A DNA stretch of 64,000 nt from Pecten maximus (GCF_902652985.1 NC_047027.1:33914001-33978000); one strand, 5' to 3'. Positions 25,427 to 39,932 are shown, counted from the first letter of the stretch. The notes: generated by a model not told the origin, from the sequence alone. A program made the numbers and translations.

Positions 25427-28400
25427 ATGCATATAGGGACAGTTTTACCTGTAATAATTTTCGGCTGTTCTTGTACAGGTAAGTGAAATCTGAATAAGTG
25501 TTCTTCCGCAGTGACAATTTTACCTGCCATCGTTTTAGGCTGTTCTCGTACAGGTTAGTGAAATCTGAATCATTGTTATTCTGGAGTGACAATTTACATA
25601 TCACAATTGTCGGCTGTTCTTGTACAGGTAAGTGAAATATTAAGCATACTTATTCCGGAGTGACAGTTTTACCTGTCATAATGGTCGCCTGTTCCTGTTC
25701 AGGTAAATGCTATCTCTGTTATTGTAATTCCATGTGTTTTGCAATTTCGTCAATGTATTTTTGCATACTAAATACCCCTGTGTCACGTGTAAATGTTTCT
25801 GGTGATAACAAAATATATACAGACAGTATTGGCGTTATTTTCATACGGTACTGCTATATATGACAAAGTAATGTATGCTATTTTTACGTATAAACAGCAA
25901 ATGTATACCCATGTTTCCCTTCTCATTGTTATTCAACAGACGTGCTTTCTTTATTTTACATGTTATTATTGTTTATCAGTTACAGTTTTATCGATAATTC
26001 CTATTATTATCATGATTATGACAGTGTACAACGACAAATTTGGAATTTTCCTCGTCATTTTATTTGAATTATGACTTTATCATGATTTATTTATACATTT
26101 TATATAATTCTTATCTATCAACATCGATTGTTGCATGTTAAATTTCATAGTTCATCCCCAAGGATGGATGTGTTGTGTAGTGAGGAAACACGCTATCTAA
26201 GAAAATCATTAGTACCCATTAATGTACAAGGATGTGCTATAATCTATATTTTCTTTGTCTACAGGTCTCCGGGAAGATTATTATAGAGCAGATGAAAGAT
26301 ACAGCGGCGTTTTACCCGTGTCTGATATACTCTGGACCAAACCTGGGAACCTACTTCGCTGTGGAATCGAATGCTTCAATGATGCAGACTGTGAATCTAT
26401 CTTCTATGGCAATGGCCAATGTCACGGATACATCCGTAAACTCCACGACATGGTGACCACAACAGCTGCTATTGGAATAAAGTATTACGAATCGGCAGGT
26501 ATGACACCGTCATATAGTCAAATATTATACAAATATTGTTTATATGAAGTTTTATAGCACACACATGTAAACATGTTATCATTCAATTGTTAGAATTCAT
26601 GAGGTAATATTTTGCTGTTGTCCTACTTAGAGCTTGTCTTTAAGTATTACATTACGCCCATTTGGTTTGGTTTTTTAACGCCCTATTAACAGCCAGTGTC
26701 ATTTAATGACGTGCCAGGTTTTGGAGGTGGAGGAAAGCCACCGGCCTACAGTCAGTACTTGACATCTGCCCCACGTAGGTTTCGAACTCGCAACCCAGAG
26801 GTGGAGGGCTAGTGATAAAAGTGTTGGGACACCTTAACCACACGGCCACCGCTGTAAACAAGTATTCACAGTTGCTTACGTAAATTTAGATTTTCGCCGA
26901 GTAATCATTTGACGCTATGTCTTACTAACCCGTAAAAGCAAAATAAAAATCTCGGCGGAAATTACCAACTATATTTTAACATACTGCATATTTACTACAC
27001 GATGGGATTTAAACCGAGCTGCTTAAAAACATCAGAGAATATCCACATATTAACAAAACCGTACTTCTTACTCAAAATAAACAAAACAAATGCAATAAAC
27101 AAACACTAAGTATAGATTTTCAAGGAGGCCATTGAGAAAATTCAAGTAGAGAATAGTCGCATGCAGACCGGTAAACCATAAAAGTGCATAGGAACAATGT
27201 TAATAATGTAAACATGCGTGGTATTATCATTATATATTATCAATAAAATCATTTAACAGATCAAAGTCATTTGTTACCTTTTGTTTTATTTCTTTTTTTT
27301 CAAATTTTTTTACGCACAAAAAAAAGTTTTTGATAAATACACTATACACCGTCAAGCCGCCATTTGTATACGACCGCGAAGATTTTAGAATTTTAAAATT
27401 GCAGCTTGAAAACGCAAGCAAACAGACAAACAAACATAGTTTGAACTTATTCATGTAATGTATACAGGCATTTGTCAGCTACTAAAACAGTTCGAATTTT
27501 AGACAATAAGCGAGGAACGCGGTCCAAATGATCCGGGATATCGAGATAGACTGAAACATTAGTAACGGGCGGAACACAGGGACCCGTAAACTTAACATTC
27601 AATTGAGTTGTCTGTTTACTTTATCACCCAAACGTATGCAAAGCAAGACGATAACACGTGTCCCTGTGATACGGTATAATTTTATGTGTTTTCATTTATA
27701 TGTCGGGTCTCAAAATTTCGTCTATTCAATTATTGAACAGTTGAATGATCATGTACGTTTAAATAAAATATACCATGCATGGAATGATATCACGATACCC
27801 GTTCTGCTGTTTAGCTAGTTTAGGCTGTAAGGGAAAATATTGTTAAAGCAAAAAAAAAAAAAAAAAATAATAATAATAATAAAAAAAACCCGAAAAAAAA
27901 GATGTTCTTTCCGTGTTAATTCCTTTTCCTTCGTTTTCATTTTAATCAAACTGTTCCTACAAAGCCGCCAGATTCAACCTTAATCTGTAAAAACAGATTG
28001 AAAATAATCGTGGATTACCGTCATATGACTGGTATTTTGAACCCTTTCAATTTAACAGAAAGGGAACAGAAATGTGACCATTTGTATATAAAGACACAAT
28101 AATCTGTCGAGAGCTCTGATATATGTAACTCATCCCGCTTTTCGTCATGGTCATTTAAGGATTGAATAAAGTTATGTTGAGGTGTTTAGGGGAATAAACC
28201 TCAACATAACTCTATTCAATCATTATATTTATATATTTTTTGATATTTTGGTATAATATTTTTGCCCTTGACAAATAGGGACTTATGCAAGTCTACCACG
28301 GAACTTACCGAAATGTACGTCATCACTCTTTGTCTAACATATGGTTATTACTTTCAGGATTTCTTTGGTGAACAAACTTAAATACGAATTAAAACAAATA

Positions 28401-31400
28401 TTATTTTTAATGAAGAGAGAATTTATTTCATATAAATCTGATCACTTTTGAACAGGAATTAAAAAATATAGTCCGAGCTCGACAAATGTATTCCTACGCC
28501 GGACTTGATATAGTTCATTGAAAAATGACTTGAGTTAACTGTGGTGGGTTCATTGAGTAATAAGTATTACAGTTTATCTTTATGAATCACATGCACGCTC
28601 ACAACATTGTAAACAGTATGGATGGGTTATTTAGATTTTGTTATTACGACATTTATACTAAGCCGGTATCATCAAGTACGTTAAACACGTCCCGGTAGCA
28701 GTGATGGATATTGATGAAAACTATTTATGGAAACTAAGTTCAGTTTGTTTAGCAGTAGGTGCATATGTATGCATCTTTTTTCGCTGTAAAGTTAAAATAT
28801 AAAAATAATTCAAAAGTCATGCAAAATATTTTAAATTATCAAAATTGACGATTTTATTTTAGAGGCAAAATCAGTCCACATGACAGAAGAAGGTATTGAT
28901 TTCATTGTTTTTATTTTGCCTTTACATCTTTTTTACATACCTCCAATTTTTGTGACGGTTAATAAAATCACTCAGGTTCTGATATTCAGACACATAATTT
29001 TTGGTTTTCGCAGGACCAGTTGGTAATTTAGCAGCAGGCAAACCAACCACTCAATCATCAAACCTTGACAACGATAACTTCGGGTCAAGTTTCGCCGTTG
29101 ATTCGCGCCGCTATTCTCTCCAGAATACTCCAGAGTATCTTCGTTCCTGTTCACATACCGAGGTTGATGGACGAGGAGATGATACACCCTTCTGGGAAGT
29201 TGATTTGATATCTCGTCATCAAATTAACGCTGTGTCTTTTCTGAGTCGACAGGAATGTTGTGGTGAGTGTTATTTCTGATAATACCGCATTATGAGTATT
29301 TTAAACGACAGAAAAGACTGATATTTAAAAGAGACCATCATTCGACCTCAATATCGACATAACGAGTACAAAATAACAATCGATGGCGATGACTCTTTAA
29401 AAATAAATGCTAATAAGATCAGGTAGTCCGGAAAAGTTTTTGTTGCTTCATTGATGACGTCCGCCATTAACATAGGTAAAACCCAGGACAAGTAAAGCTC
29501 TCTAACTGAGAACTAGAGTGCTGGAAACGGAACTACCAGGCATATAGGGTATCACCATAGACATCTGTATATTATTGTTATATTATGCGATGATGTACAT
29601 TCACATTTCATTGAAATGCATACTATCCAATTATACCAATCTCATTAAAATATAGATGGTCATTCTTACTACGTTACATGCACATCTAACGACATCGCAT
29701 AAGGGGTCACGTTGTGGTGACCATTGTTATCTCAATATTTCACTTTCAGGTCTAATTGTCATTTTTTCGATGTCACCGATCTCGCTCATTCGTCACATCA
29801 TGCATCTGAAGCTAACCATTTCGATACAAAATGCATATAGCTATATGCGTCGTTGAAAGAAGTGACTTAAAATAGATGGACAGATTATGCAAGCTATGCA
29901 CTCTAGTCATGCCATTTCGTACATACGGAATTCACTTCCAAGATGATGTAAGTAGTAATTTGATTAATTAATCGATAAGTTCTTCCTGACGTGACCCCTT
30001 ATGGGATGTTGTTAGATGTTCATGTAACATAGTGAGAATGACCATCTTTATTTAAATTAAATTGCAACTATGCGCCTTTGACTTATTATACTTCTGTTAT
30101 TTCAGGGTCCATATATATTATCCATATATAAAGTCAAAAAGTTGTCTTCCTTCGTCATTTTTGTTTCTATGATTTATATCTAATTATAACATTTTGACCA
30201 CTGAAATATCGAAAATTATTCTTTCAATAGAAGTAATATCTTTCACTAGTGATTTAACAAATGAAAACATTGCTTGCTGTCGACATAAAGCTTACCCATT
30301 TAATTCGCTATGAAAATGTAATAAACAGAATATCTTACAGTATTTCCGATAAAGCCAAATATGTTTTTATTCTTGGGGCTTATGTTTTGATATTTTCTCA
30401 CGAATGCGCATTCATTAAGCTTTGCCTTCATCATTGTTTGGATTATTGTTAGAAATCAACATACGAACCCATTGTACGGTGCATCGAACTTTTAACAATG
30501 GTCTCTGATAAGACAATATCGATTGCAACAAATCCAATATAAATGTCGTACACAAGAAAACATACCATCGTGTTGTATTACACGGACATACAAAAGTAGT
30601 TATTGATTTCATTAATGCCATGATAAAAACTTGTAAAAAAACACCTCGTATCCCGCTTCGACAGTTCATTATCTGAACAAGTAAAATAATTAATCTTAAG
30701 CTTGCCACAAGCGAAATTTTTTATTTTTTTTTTTATATAAAAAATAGAACAACTTGTATGAACATCATGATCATTTCATGGTCATATTGATTTTAAGATA
30801 TACATATCATTTTTGCCTGTATAAGTAAAACTTAGTCATATTCTTTATAAAGGGGCGCATTAGACGTTAATGATATTGAACAAAACTATGTTTGTTTGTT
30901 TTTTGTTTAAACATATGTCAAATATGATTTCCATGCTCTATAACTGTTTTACATCCTCTGTGCCAATGGTAAATAAGGTTAAAAACAAATTGAGATGAAA
31001 TATTCAAATATCAGTCATTTGATCGGGTACCAGTTAATATTGAATGCCCGAAAACTTGAACCCGAGGGTAGTCGAGTGGCACAGTATGAAAACACTTGCC
31101 TTTCACCTAGGCGGGCGTGGTTTAATTCCCCGATCGGACGTTAAACGTTAAGGTGTCTCATGCCCCACCACGTGGGTTTTCCCCGGGCATACATGTTTTC
31201 TCTCTCAGTAGGACCCACGGCGCGCTTCAACACGCGTGTTAAAATGATTTGACATAACTGTTTCGCAATTGTTGTATGAATAGATAAGATATTTATATAA
31301 ATAAAAAATATATCAAAACAAAAAAAGATCGTAATTACATGTATGCCTTAAGTGCATTGGAAGACAGTACCATCGATCATATTATGACGTGAACAGTCAT

Positions 31401-32222
31401 ATTCGTATAAGGAAAATTGATCATTATTATGCAAAACCAAGAATCAAGCTTATTGACAATGAGCCTAAGGATCTAGCGGTTACAACGTTAACGATCTTAA
31501 TGAGGATTTGCTATCAGATCCGCCGCTTTCAGATAAGATACTGTCATCCCTTACATACAGAATCATTTTTTTTTATCTTTATGAAAGGTGAAATATATGC
31601 ATAACGGAAATTGATTCAAACTAATCCCAGCTATAGAAATGACACAAAAACTGGTCAATGATACAAGGATTTGCTATGACTGCAAGACACTGAGCATTGT
31701 GAATATACTTTTATACATGTTCAGGAGTTTAAGCATGACGTTTCAGAGCCTTTATTGTGCTCCATTTTTCACAGAAATGATATAAACACTGTGAGGACCT
31801 GGTTAGTGAACGAGTCATAAAATGATCATACTTCGTCATTTATATTACTATGTTATACAAAAAATACTTTTTTTGTATTTTATTTGGTTAAAAACTATAC
31901 TATCAGCCCAGAACAAAAAGATGACATCGCCTTGTGTGGGCGTTCTTCCCACTATCTTAGCTGTACATCCTTAAAACCGATATCATGCTAATTTGTCTGT
32001 GTTGTAGGTGAACGTAACACTGGACTAACTATAACTGTGGCAGAAACATCATCAGGGCCATACCTCTTGTGTTACTATTATCCACCTGGACCCGGCTTTG
32101 TTAATGAGATGAAAACCTTCTACTGTACACAGCCATTAACTGGACGGCTGGTGCGGATATCACGTGACCTGCCAATCATAAATGCGTGTGAGATCGAGGT
32201 TTATGGGTACCCACTAAGCTAA
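25427..32222 (+). CDS. Secreted PAN/apple-like + F-type (fucolectin, F5/8C-fold) lectin, copy 1, 249 aa
   Basis: Exons 25427-25478 (signal MHIGTVLPVIIFGCSCT), 26265-26498 (C-x3-C-x5-C-x9-C PAN-like), 29014-29262 (NLAAGKPTTQSS..AVD..CSHT..PFWEVDL..RQECCG), 32008-32222 (ERN..GRLVRI..CEIEVYG). All introns phase 1, 750 nt, open frame. Confidence 0.9.
25436..25708 (+). repeat. 75-bp tandem array of signal-peptide exon end + 5' splice donor (4 units, copy 1)
   Basis: Exon-end G before GT donors at 25478, 25553, 25627, 25702 (spacing 75/74/75); unit like TGACAaTTTTACCTGtCATaaTttTCGGCTGTTCTTGTACAG|GTAAgT. Confidence 0.85.
26661..26852 (-). mobile_element. Same SINE family, internal deletion
   Basis: Aligns to 3259-3481 and lacks about 20 bp of the core. 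Confidence 0.85.
31064..31290 (+). mobile_element. Old, different tRNA-derived SINE
   Basis: Degenerate A-box (GTGGCACAGT), B-box-like GGTTTAATTCC, core GTGGGTTTTCCCCGGGCA. Confidence 0.5.
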
Positions 32223-32334
32223 TTATGAAGATCATATATGCTTACTGACATTATTTTATAGATCATATTTATCAACGAAGACTAATAGCTTAAAGTACAA
32301 ATCATATTTCTAAAGTAAGCTAATTGTAAAGATC

Positions 32335-34860
32335 ATATGTATCCACTAAGCTTATTATACAAAGCATATGTATCCACTAAGCTTATTACACAGAGCATAT
32401 ATATCCACTAAGCTTATTATACAAAGCATATGTATACACTAAGCTTATTATACAAAGCATATGTATCCACTAAGCTTATTATACAGAGCATATGCATCCA
32501 CTAAGCTTATTACACAGAGCATATATATCCACTAAGCTTATTATACAAAGCATATGTATACACTAAGCTTATTATACAGAGCATATGTATCCACTAAGCT
32601 TATTATACAGAGCATATGTATCCACTAAGCTTATTATACAAAGCATATGTATCCACTAAGCTTATTATACAGAGCATATATATCCACTAAGCTTATTATA
32701 CAAAGCATATGTATACACTAAGCTTATTATACAAAGCATATGTATCCACTAAGCTTATTATACAAAGCATATGTATCCACTAAGCTTATTATACAGAGCA
32801 TATGTATCCACTAAGCTTATTATACAAAGCATATGTATACACTAAGCTTATTATACAAAGCATATGTATCCACTAAGCTTATCATACAAAGCATATGTAT
32901 CCACTAAGCTTATCATACAAAGCATATGTATCCACTTAGCTTATTATACAAAGCATATGTATCCACTAAGCTTATTATACAAAGCATATGTATACACTAA
33001 GCTTATTATACAGAGCATATGTATCCACTAAGCTTATTATACAAAGCATTGTATCCACTAAGCTTATTATACAAAGTATATGTATCCACTAAGCTTATTA
33101 TACAGAGCATATGTATCCACTAAGCTTATCATACAAAGCATATGTATCCACTAAGCTTATCATACAAAGCATATGTATCCACTAAGCTTATTATACAGAG
33201 CATATGTATCCACTAAGCTTATTATACAGAGCATATATATCCACTAAGCTTATTATACAAAGCATATGTATCCACTAAGCTTATTATACAAAGCATATGT
33301 ATCCACTAAGCTTATCATACAAAGCATATGTATCCACTAAGCTTATTATACAAAGCATATGTATCCACTAAGCTTATTATACAGAGCATATGTATCCACT
33401 AAGCTTATTATACAAAGCATATGTATCCACTAAGCTTAGTATTCAAAGCATATGTATCCACTAAGCTTATTATACAGAGCATATGTATCCACTAAGCTTA
33501 TTATACAAAGCATATGTATCCACTAAGCTTATTATACAGAGCATATGTATCCACTAAGCTTATTATACAGAGCATATATATCCACTAAGCTTATTATACA
33601 AAGCATATATATCCACTAAGCTTATTATACAAAGCATATATATCCACTAAGCTTATTATACAGAGCATATGTATCCATTAAGCTTATTATACAGAGCATA
33701 TGTATCCACTAAGCTTATTATACAGAGCATATATATCCACTAAGCTTATTATACAGAGCATATGTATCCACTAAGCTTATTATACAAAGCATATGTATCC
33801 ACTAAGCTTATTATACAAAGCATATGTATCCACTAAGCTTATTATACAGAGCATATGCATCCACTAAGCTTATTACACAGAGCATATATATACACTAAGC
33901 TTATTACACAGAGCATATATATACACTAAGCTTATTATACAAAGCATATGTATCCACTAAGCTTATTATACAAAGCATATGTATCCACTAAGCTTATTAT
34001 ACAGAGCATATGTATCCACTAAGCTTATTATACAAAGCATATGTATCCACTAAGCTTATTATACAGAGCATATATATCCACTAAGCTTATTATACAAAGC
34101 ATATGTATCCACTAAGCTTATTATACAGAGCATATATATCCACTAAGCTTATTATACAAAGCATATGTATCCACTAAGCTTATCATACAAAGCATATGTA
34201 TCCACTAAGCTTATTATACAAAGCATATGTATCCACTAAGCTTATCATACAAAGCATATGTATCCACTAAGCTTATTATACAAAGCATATGTATCCACTA
34301 AGCTTATCATACAAAGCATATATATCCACTAAGCTTATTATACAGAGCATATGTATCCACTAAGCTTATTATACAAAGCATATGTATCCACTAAGCTTAT
34401 CATACAGAGCATATGTATCCACTAAGCTTATTATACAGAGCATATGTATCCACTAAGCTTATTATACAAAGCATATGTATCCACTAAGCTTATTATACAG
34501 AGCATATGTATCCACTAAGCTTATTATACAGAGCATATATATCCACTAAGCTTATTATACAAAGCATATGTATACACTAAGCTTATTATACAGAGCATAT
34601 GTATCCACTAAGCTTATTATACAGAGCATATGTATCCACTAAGCTTATTATACAGAGCATATGTATCCACTAAGCTTATTATACAGAGCATATGTATCCA
34701 CTAAGCTTATTATACAAAGCATATGTATCCACTAAGCTTATTATACAGAGCATATGTATCCACTAAGCTTATTATACAAAGCATATGTATCCACTAAGCT
34801 TATTATACAGAGCATATGTATCCACTAAGCTTATTATACAGAGCATATGTAGCTACTAAG
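32335..34860 (+). repeat. 31-bp satellite downstream of lectin copy 1 (about 80 units)
   Basis: Unit GTATCCACTAAGCTTATTATACA(A/G)AGCATAT; degenerate units continue to about 35830. Confidence 0.95.
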
Positions 34861-35030
34861 TGTATTATATAGATTATTATATATTCGATATATATCATTA
34901 TAGCTTATTACAAATATTAATTGACAGCTTAATATACAGATGATATGTAGCAACTTAGTAAATTCTACATATCATACTTATCCACTAAGGTAATTATACA
35001 GATCATATATACAAACTAATCTTATCATAC

Positions 35031-35510
35031 CACAGGCGTCTGCTTCTGTTTAGTAGTCATAGAAAAATATTAGACTCTACTCATACTATATGAACAAGGT
35101 GTAACACTCAAAGATCTACGATGCATCGACTGTCGAGCGGATGTACACTTGATTGGTCGACAATTATAGTATTGTTAATTGAGCGCCCCCTGCATACCAC
35201 TCTGAAATATACATACTACTTCCGTTCAACAGTCGATACATCGGCGGCTATCAAGATCGCTTTTGATCCATCTTCTAATCTTTAAATCGTGGTCATACGA
35301 CAAAAGAATAACATGTATTTACATTTAGGGTCCTAATCCAAGGTACGTTACTTAAGTTTACGTGTATTTGATATTTTAATCGGATTTAACTTATATTAAA
35401 ACTGAATCAACGCTCACCCCTACTTCTGGGTTTTAGATTGTTACACCTTGTTGATATAATATGAATAGGGTCTAATCTATGTTTCTATTAATACTAACTA
35501 GAAGCCTGTG
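35031..35510. mobile_element. Decayed MITE with CACAGG termini and 7-bp TSD (P/Galileo-like)
   Basis: CACAGG...CCTGTG ends; ~80-bp imperfect TIRs (TTAGACTCTACTCATACTATATGAACAAGGTGTAAC vs GTTACACCTTGTTGATATAATATGAATAGGGTCTAA); flanks ATCATAC (35024-30) / ATCATCC (35511-17). Confidence 0.7.
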
Positions 35511-37072
35511 ATCATCCACTTCATATATATCAACGAAGCCAATTGTACAGATGATATGTATCTGGTAATCTTAATAGCTTAATAAAAAGATCATATGTAC
35601 CATCTAAGCTAACTATACATATAATACATATCCTATAAGCTTAATAGCTTAATAAAAAGATCATATGTACCATCTAAGCTAATAATACATACCATATGTA
35701 TCCATCAAGCGAATTGTACATATCATTTGTATCCGCTGTTCTTTATAGCTGATATATACAGATCCTAAGCTAATTATACCGACCATATATAACCGGTAAG
35801 CTTAATAGCTTAGATGTACAGATCATATACGTGATTTTCCAAAGTGTCATTTATTTGTATCCCAAATTTAATAGGTTATATTGATTTTCTTAATTGTGTT
35901 GTTTGCATTGTCTTTACATTTTCATTAAATTTGCACGTGTTTTAAAAAAAAAATTGTATGTATATGAGACCGTCTGTAAATTACCACAGCGTTGAAACTT
36001 CAGACCAAACTACACGTACAATTGTATTAATCCCTTCTCATTTAATATGATGATTAAGCCGATTAAAGACTTAGTGTAACCTTAACATCTATGACACCAC
36101 AAACTTGTCAACATCAGCCGCCTATCTTGATCTGCACTTATATTCATTAGGGTTACCTATAGCAGAAATTTGGGGACTTTCCATGGTATCCTACAGGGAT
36201 CGTTAAACTGTATAAAAAGCGTGATGATTTGAATAGGGTAATTTTCCAATTCTTGATAGTAACATACTTTTTCCCCGGCCTGATTTGTTTCCCCATCACA
36301 TGCGATTCGATATTGAATATATGTATCCCAACCTCACCNNNNNNNNNNNNNNNNNNNNNNNNNNNNNNNNNNNNNNNNNNNNNNNNNNNNNNNNNNNNNN
36401 NNNNNNNNNNNNNNNNNNNNNNNNNNNNNNNNNNNNNNNNNNNNNNNNNNNNNNNNNNNNNNNNNNNNNNNNACCACATGTGGGACCAATGGCGGAAAAA
36501 TAGCACGGAGTTTCGTGAGAAACAGATGGATGTAGATTATAAGAATGTCCAATGATAGCCTCCATGATCTCATTCATTACTTTTTATCTTCTATGACATC
36601 AATAGAGCTTGTGCAATACTCGAAAATATGACTTATGCTATGTTGCAACAACTGATTTTTGTTCTTATTATGGGTTAATCATGACAACTGTATTTTTTGT
36701 CCTAGATCGATGTTAGCCACAGGTCCTTCAACAAAAATTTAACAAAACATACAATGAATATATGGACCCCTGGTAGGGTATTCACGCCAAAGTGCTGTAT
36801 CTGTAACAGGAGATAACCAATTGAGATATGTGGTACATGTAGGTGTCAAGGACTTGTTCCTGTTCTAACGATTTCCGTGTCGCCCACTGACGGAAATACT
36901 AACAACACACGGTTTCGGGAGATGAAGTTTGATGAAGATCATTGTGAAGTTTAATGGCCGACATATTTGGAGATAAATTGTCTTTTGCGATATGACGTCA
37001 GAGGTTGACGATGTTTGTTAATATGCCATGTGGATCCATTGTTATCATCCTACCTCACATTTTGGGGATTCT

Positions 37073-37298
37073 TGGTTTGTTTGGTTTGGTTTATTTTCTT
37101 TAACGTCCTCTTAGGACCAGGGTCATTTAAGGACGTGTCAGGTTTTGGAGGTGGAGGAAAGCCGGAGTACAAGGAGAAAAACCACCGACCGGTCAATACC
37201 TGGCAACTGCCTCACGTATGTTTTGAACTCGCAACCCCGAGGTGGAGGGCTAGTGATAAAGTGTCTGGACACCTTAACCACTCGGCCACCGCGGCCTC
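37073..37298 (-). mobile_element. Same SINE family
   Basis: Aligns along its length to 3259-3481. Confidence 0.85.
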
Positions 37299-39932
37299 AT
37301 ACAATGGAGATGCATCTTAACCAGAATTTAACCAGGATCTATATGGCTGGTGAAGTCGATGAAGCAGAAGACACTCATGGATCACCTAGTATTATTATCA
37401 TTGAACTTTTACAAAGACCTCCACGCCAATATATGTTTTGTCCTATTTTGCCCTTGTTTTAGAGAATTATTTTGTCGGTAATCTCTGTTATTTGGCTGTA
37501 AACGTGTTTTATGTTGTTAACTGAATAACAATGAATAAAAAGATAGGGGTGCCCATCAAAGGCAAACTTTTTTTTTTTTATTTTGGTTGGTGCGCTAATC
37601 TGTTGTTACAGTAAAACTCGGTTATAACGAACTTCAAGGGACCTGGATATCGAATTCGTTATACAAGTAGCACGTTTTATAGATAGAAGAAATGGAAATA
37701 AAAATTGATACATATTTCGTTTTACATCTATTTTCAGTGCCTTATAACGGTTTGGGAGATAACTATCATACATTAAATATTGCCCGATTTAAATCTCGAT
37801 ACCTTGTTTGTTTGCATTCTATTGTAAAGCACTTTAACATATAGAACATGTCTACAAACTGTAGTTGAATCGTGCTTAAAATGGAAATTTCAATATAGTT
37901 TCGCATGAAGACACCAGCTATATACATTGATTTACGTAACCTAGTTTTACTTCCTCGCAGTTATTAAACGAAATGAATCACAAAAAGTATTTATAGATTT
38001 ATAAACGTGCCTATAAACGCAGGAGATAAAATTTAAAAAAGTGTATGGAGACTCTTGACAAAGTACATTGAGAACCAAACCAGTTTTTCCTGAAGGGACA
38101 TTGCATTACATTTATCAATAGTTTGTTCCGGAAGGGACATTGCATTACATTTATCAATAGTTAGCTAAATAAAGACTTCAGTGTTGATAGTGATGTTCTT
38201 GTTTATATTTACAATGCTATTCAATCCAGTATTGTTGTTTAAACTTGCTAATGGAATAGATAAAACGATATACTAATGTAAACCTTCTTCAAATAAAAGA
38301 TTGAAAAGGGATATTTGAACACAAATATGAAAGGAGAGTATTAATAGAAGTTGTCGATTCTGTGAAATGGTCAAAGGGAGACAATGACTTCAAGTACCTA
38401 GTGTTACATGTAAGTAGTTAAAGCGAATATTATCTATAATGTGTCCACATGCTATTGTTTTATCTTTGTATTAATATGATGTATACCTGATACAATAATA
38501 GAAATTATAAAAAAAACAATTAGAAATGAAAAACATTAACATCAATGAAAAAAAGCATTAGAAATAATTATAAAACAAGGAAAAACATTAAAATCAACGG
38601 GGAAAAAAGCATTAAAAACAATTACAAAACAATGAAAACCATTAAAACTAATGATAAAATTAAAAAGCATTAATAAACCAAAATGAAACAATGAAAACCG
38701 ATGAAAAAAGACAAAACAATGAAAAAATAAGATCGGCATATAAAAAACATAATGCTGACATATTGATGATATAATACAGACAAATGCTATCAATAGATAG
38801 AAGTGAATATGTGAATCGTTGAATTTCGAAATAGCAATAGGCAGCCACGAAGGCAACATTCTCTGATAAGTAACCAACATTTCACTTCAAAGAAATTAAT
38901 TCTGATAGTTTTTGGTATTTTCTATAAAAAAGAATTTAATAAGAGATTCACCTGAAACTCTATCTTCAAATAAGTCTACTTTTAAATATTTTTTCAAAGA
39001 TTTCAGGTACGTCCTCAAAAATCAAAAACCTTGTATCGTTATCTTGTTAATGTTAGCCACAAAACAACAAGTTACATATGACATATTTAATTTATCGGTG
39101 TAAAACACTTTTGCTTTGCTTTCTTCCTTTGTTCTTTCTCGTCAACCGTCTTCAATTGACACTGACGGGGACGTAAAACCCTAAAACAGAATTAATCATC
39201 ACACACAATTCATCATACACACCAACTGTTGTTGATCTGAATGTTTCCATAGCAACAATATGTAAGTATAATGCAATAGACAATGGATTGACCTGGAAAC
39301 CCCCTATACCTCAACAAGATAGGACCTCCCTAGAGCCCAATTTCGGACACTAGATAACTTAATAAGGCACTTACATGAGTCAGAGGGGATATGACCACGC
39401 TAACATTGTGGACAACACATACAGAATGTAAACAGACTTAGTGTTTCTTTATTGGGTTCATACAAGGTGTACCAAATAGGTCCCGTATCATACACTAAAA
39501 TGCAATTGAATTTCATGCATTTTTCCATGATGGTGGCCTTTACTTCTATACTTCTAACATAAGACAAATATTATGTTCCCTTTCTACAGCGTACCAGATG
39601 TAAAATCAATAGTTGAATAGTTCAGGCAAACATAGATATATACAATTTTATCGCAAATCGAGAGTCCCCGTCGCATTTTAAACAAAATGTACATTTGCAG
39701 GATAAATGATGAATCACTGTTCCGCCATTTGGATCCCCAAATGGTACCTGTAAAAAAGCGATCCGCGAGATTACGTTCGGTTCTGCTGCTACAGCGCGTT
39801 GCATTATGAGTACAGCAGATTCGTATCGGTAAACGAGTAAGAAAAAAAATGTGCTCAAATGTTTGAAACTTGGATAATCCTTTCACAAACACATTTTTAT
39901 TCAGTGTGACGAAGTTGACTTTTTGTCTGGCT

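Noticed and set aside
32335-34860. Possible CRISPR-like array (also 45207, 46510, 55350)
   Set aside because: Head-to-tail units with no unique spacers, eukaryotic context, no cas genes.
36153-36577. ORFs around the second gap (and 20810-21276 around the first)
   Set aside because: Open only because of N runs or microsatellite; a possible small minus-strand exon at about 36157-36207 could not be linked to any gene.
38510-38880. Phe-rich 112-aa 'membrane' ORF
   Set aside because: Antisense translation of a degenerate A-rich repeat.
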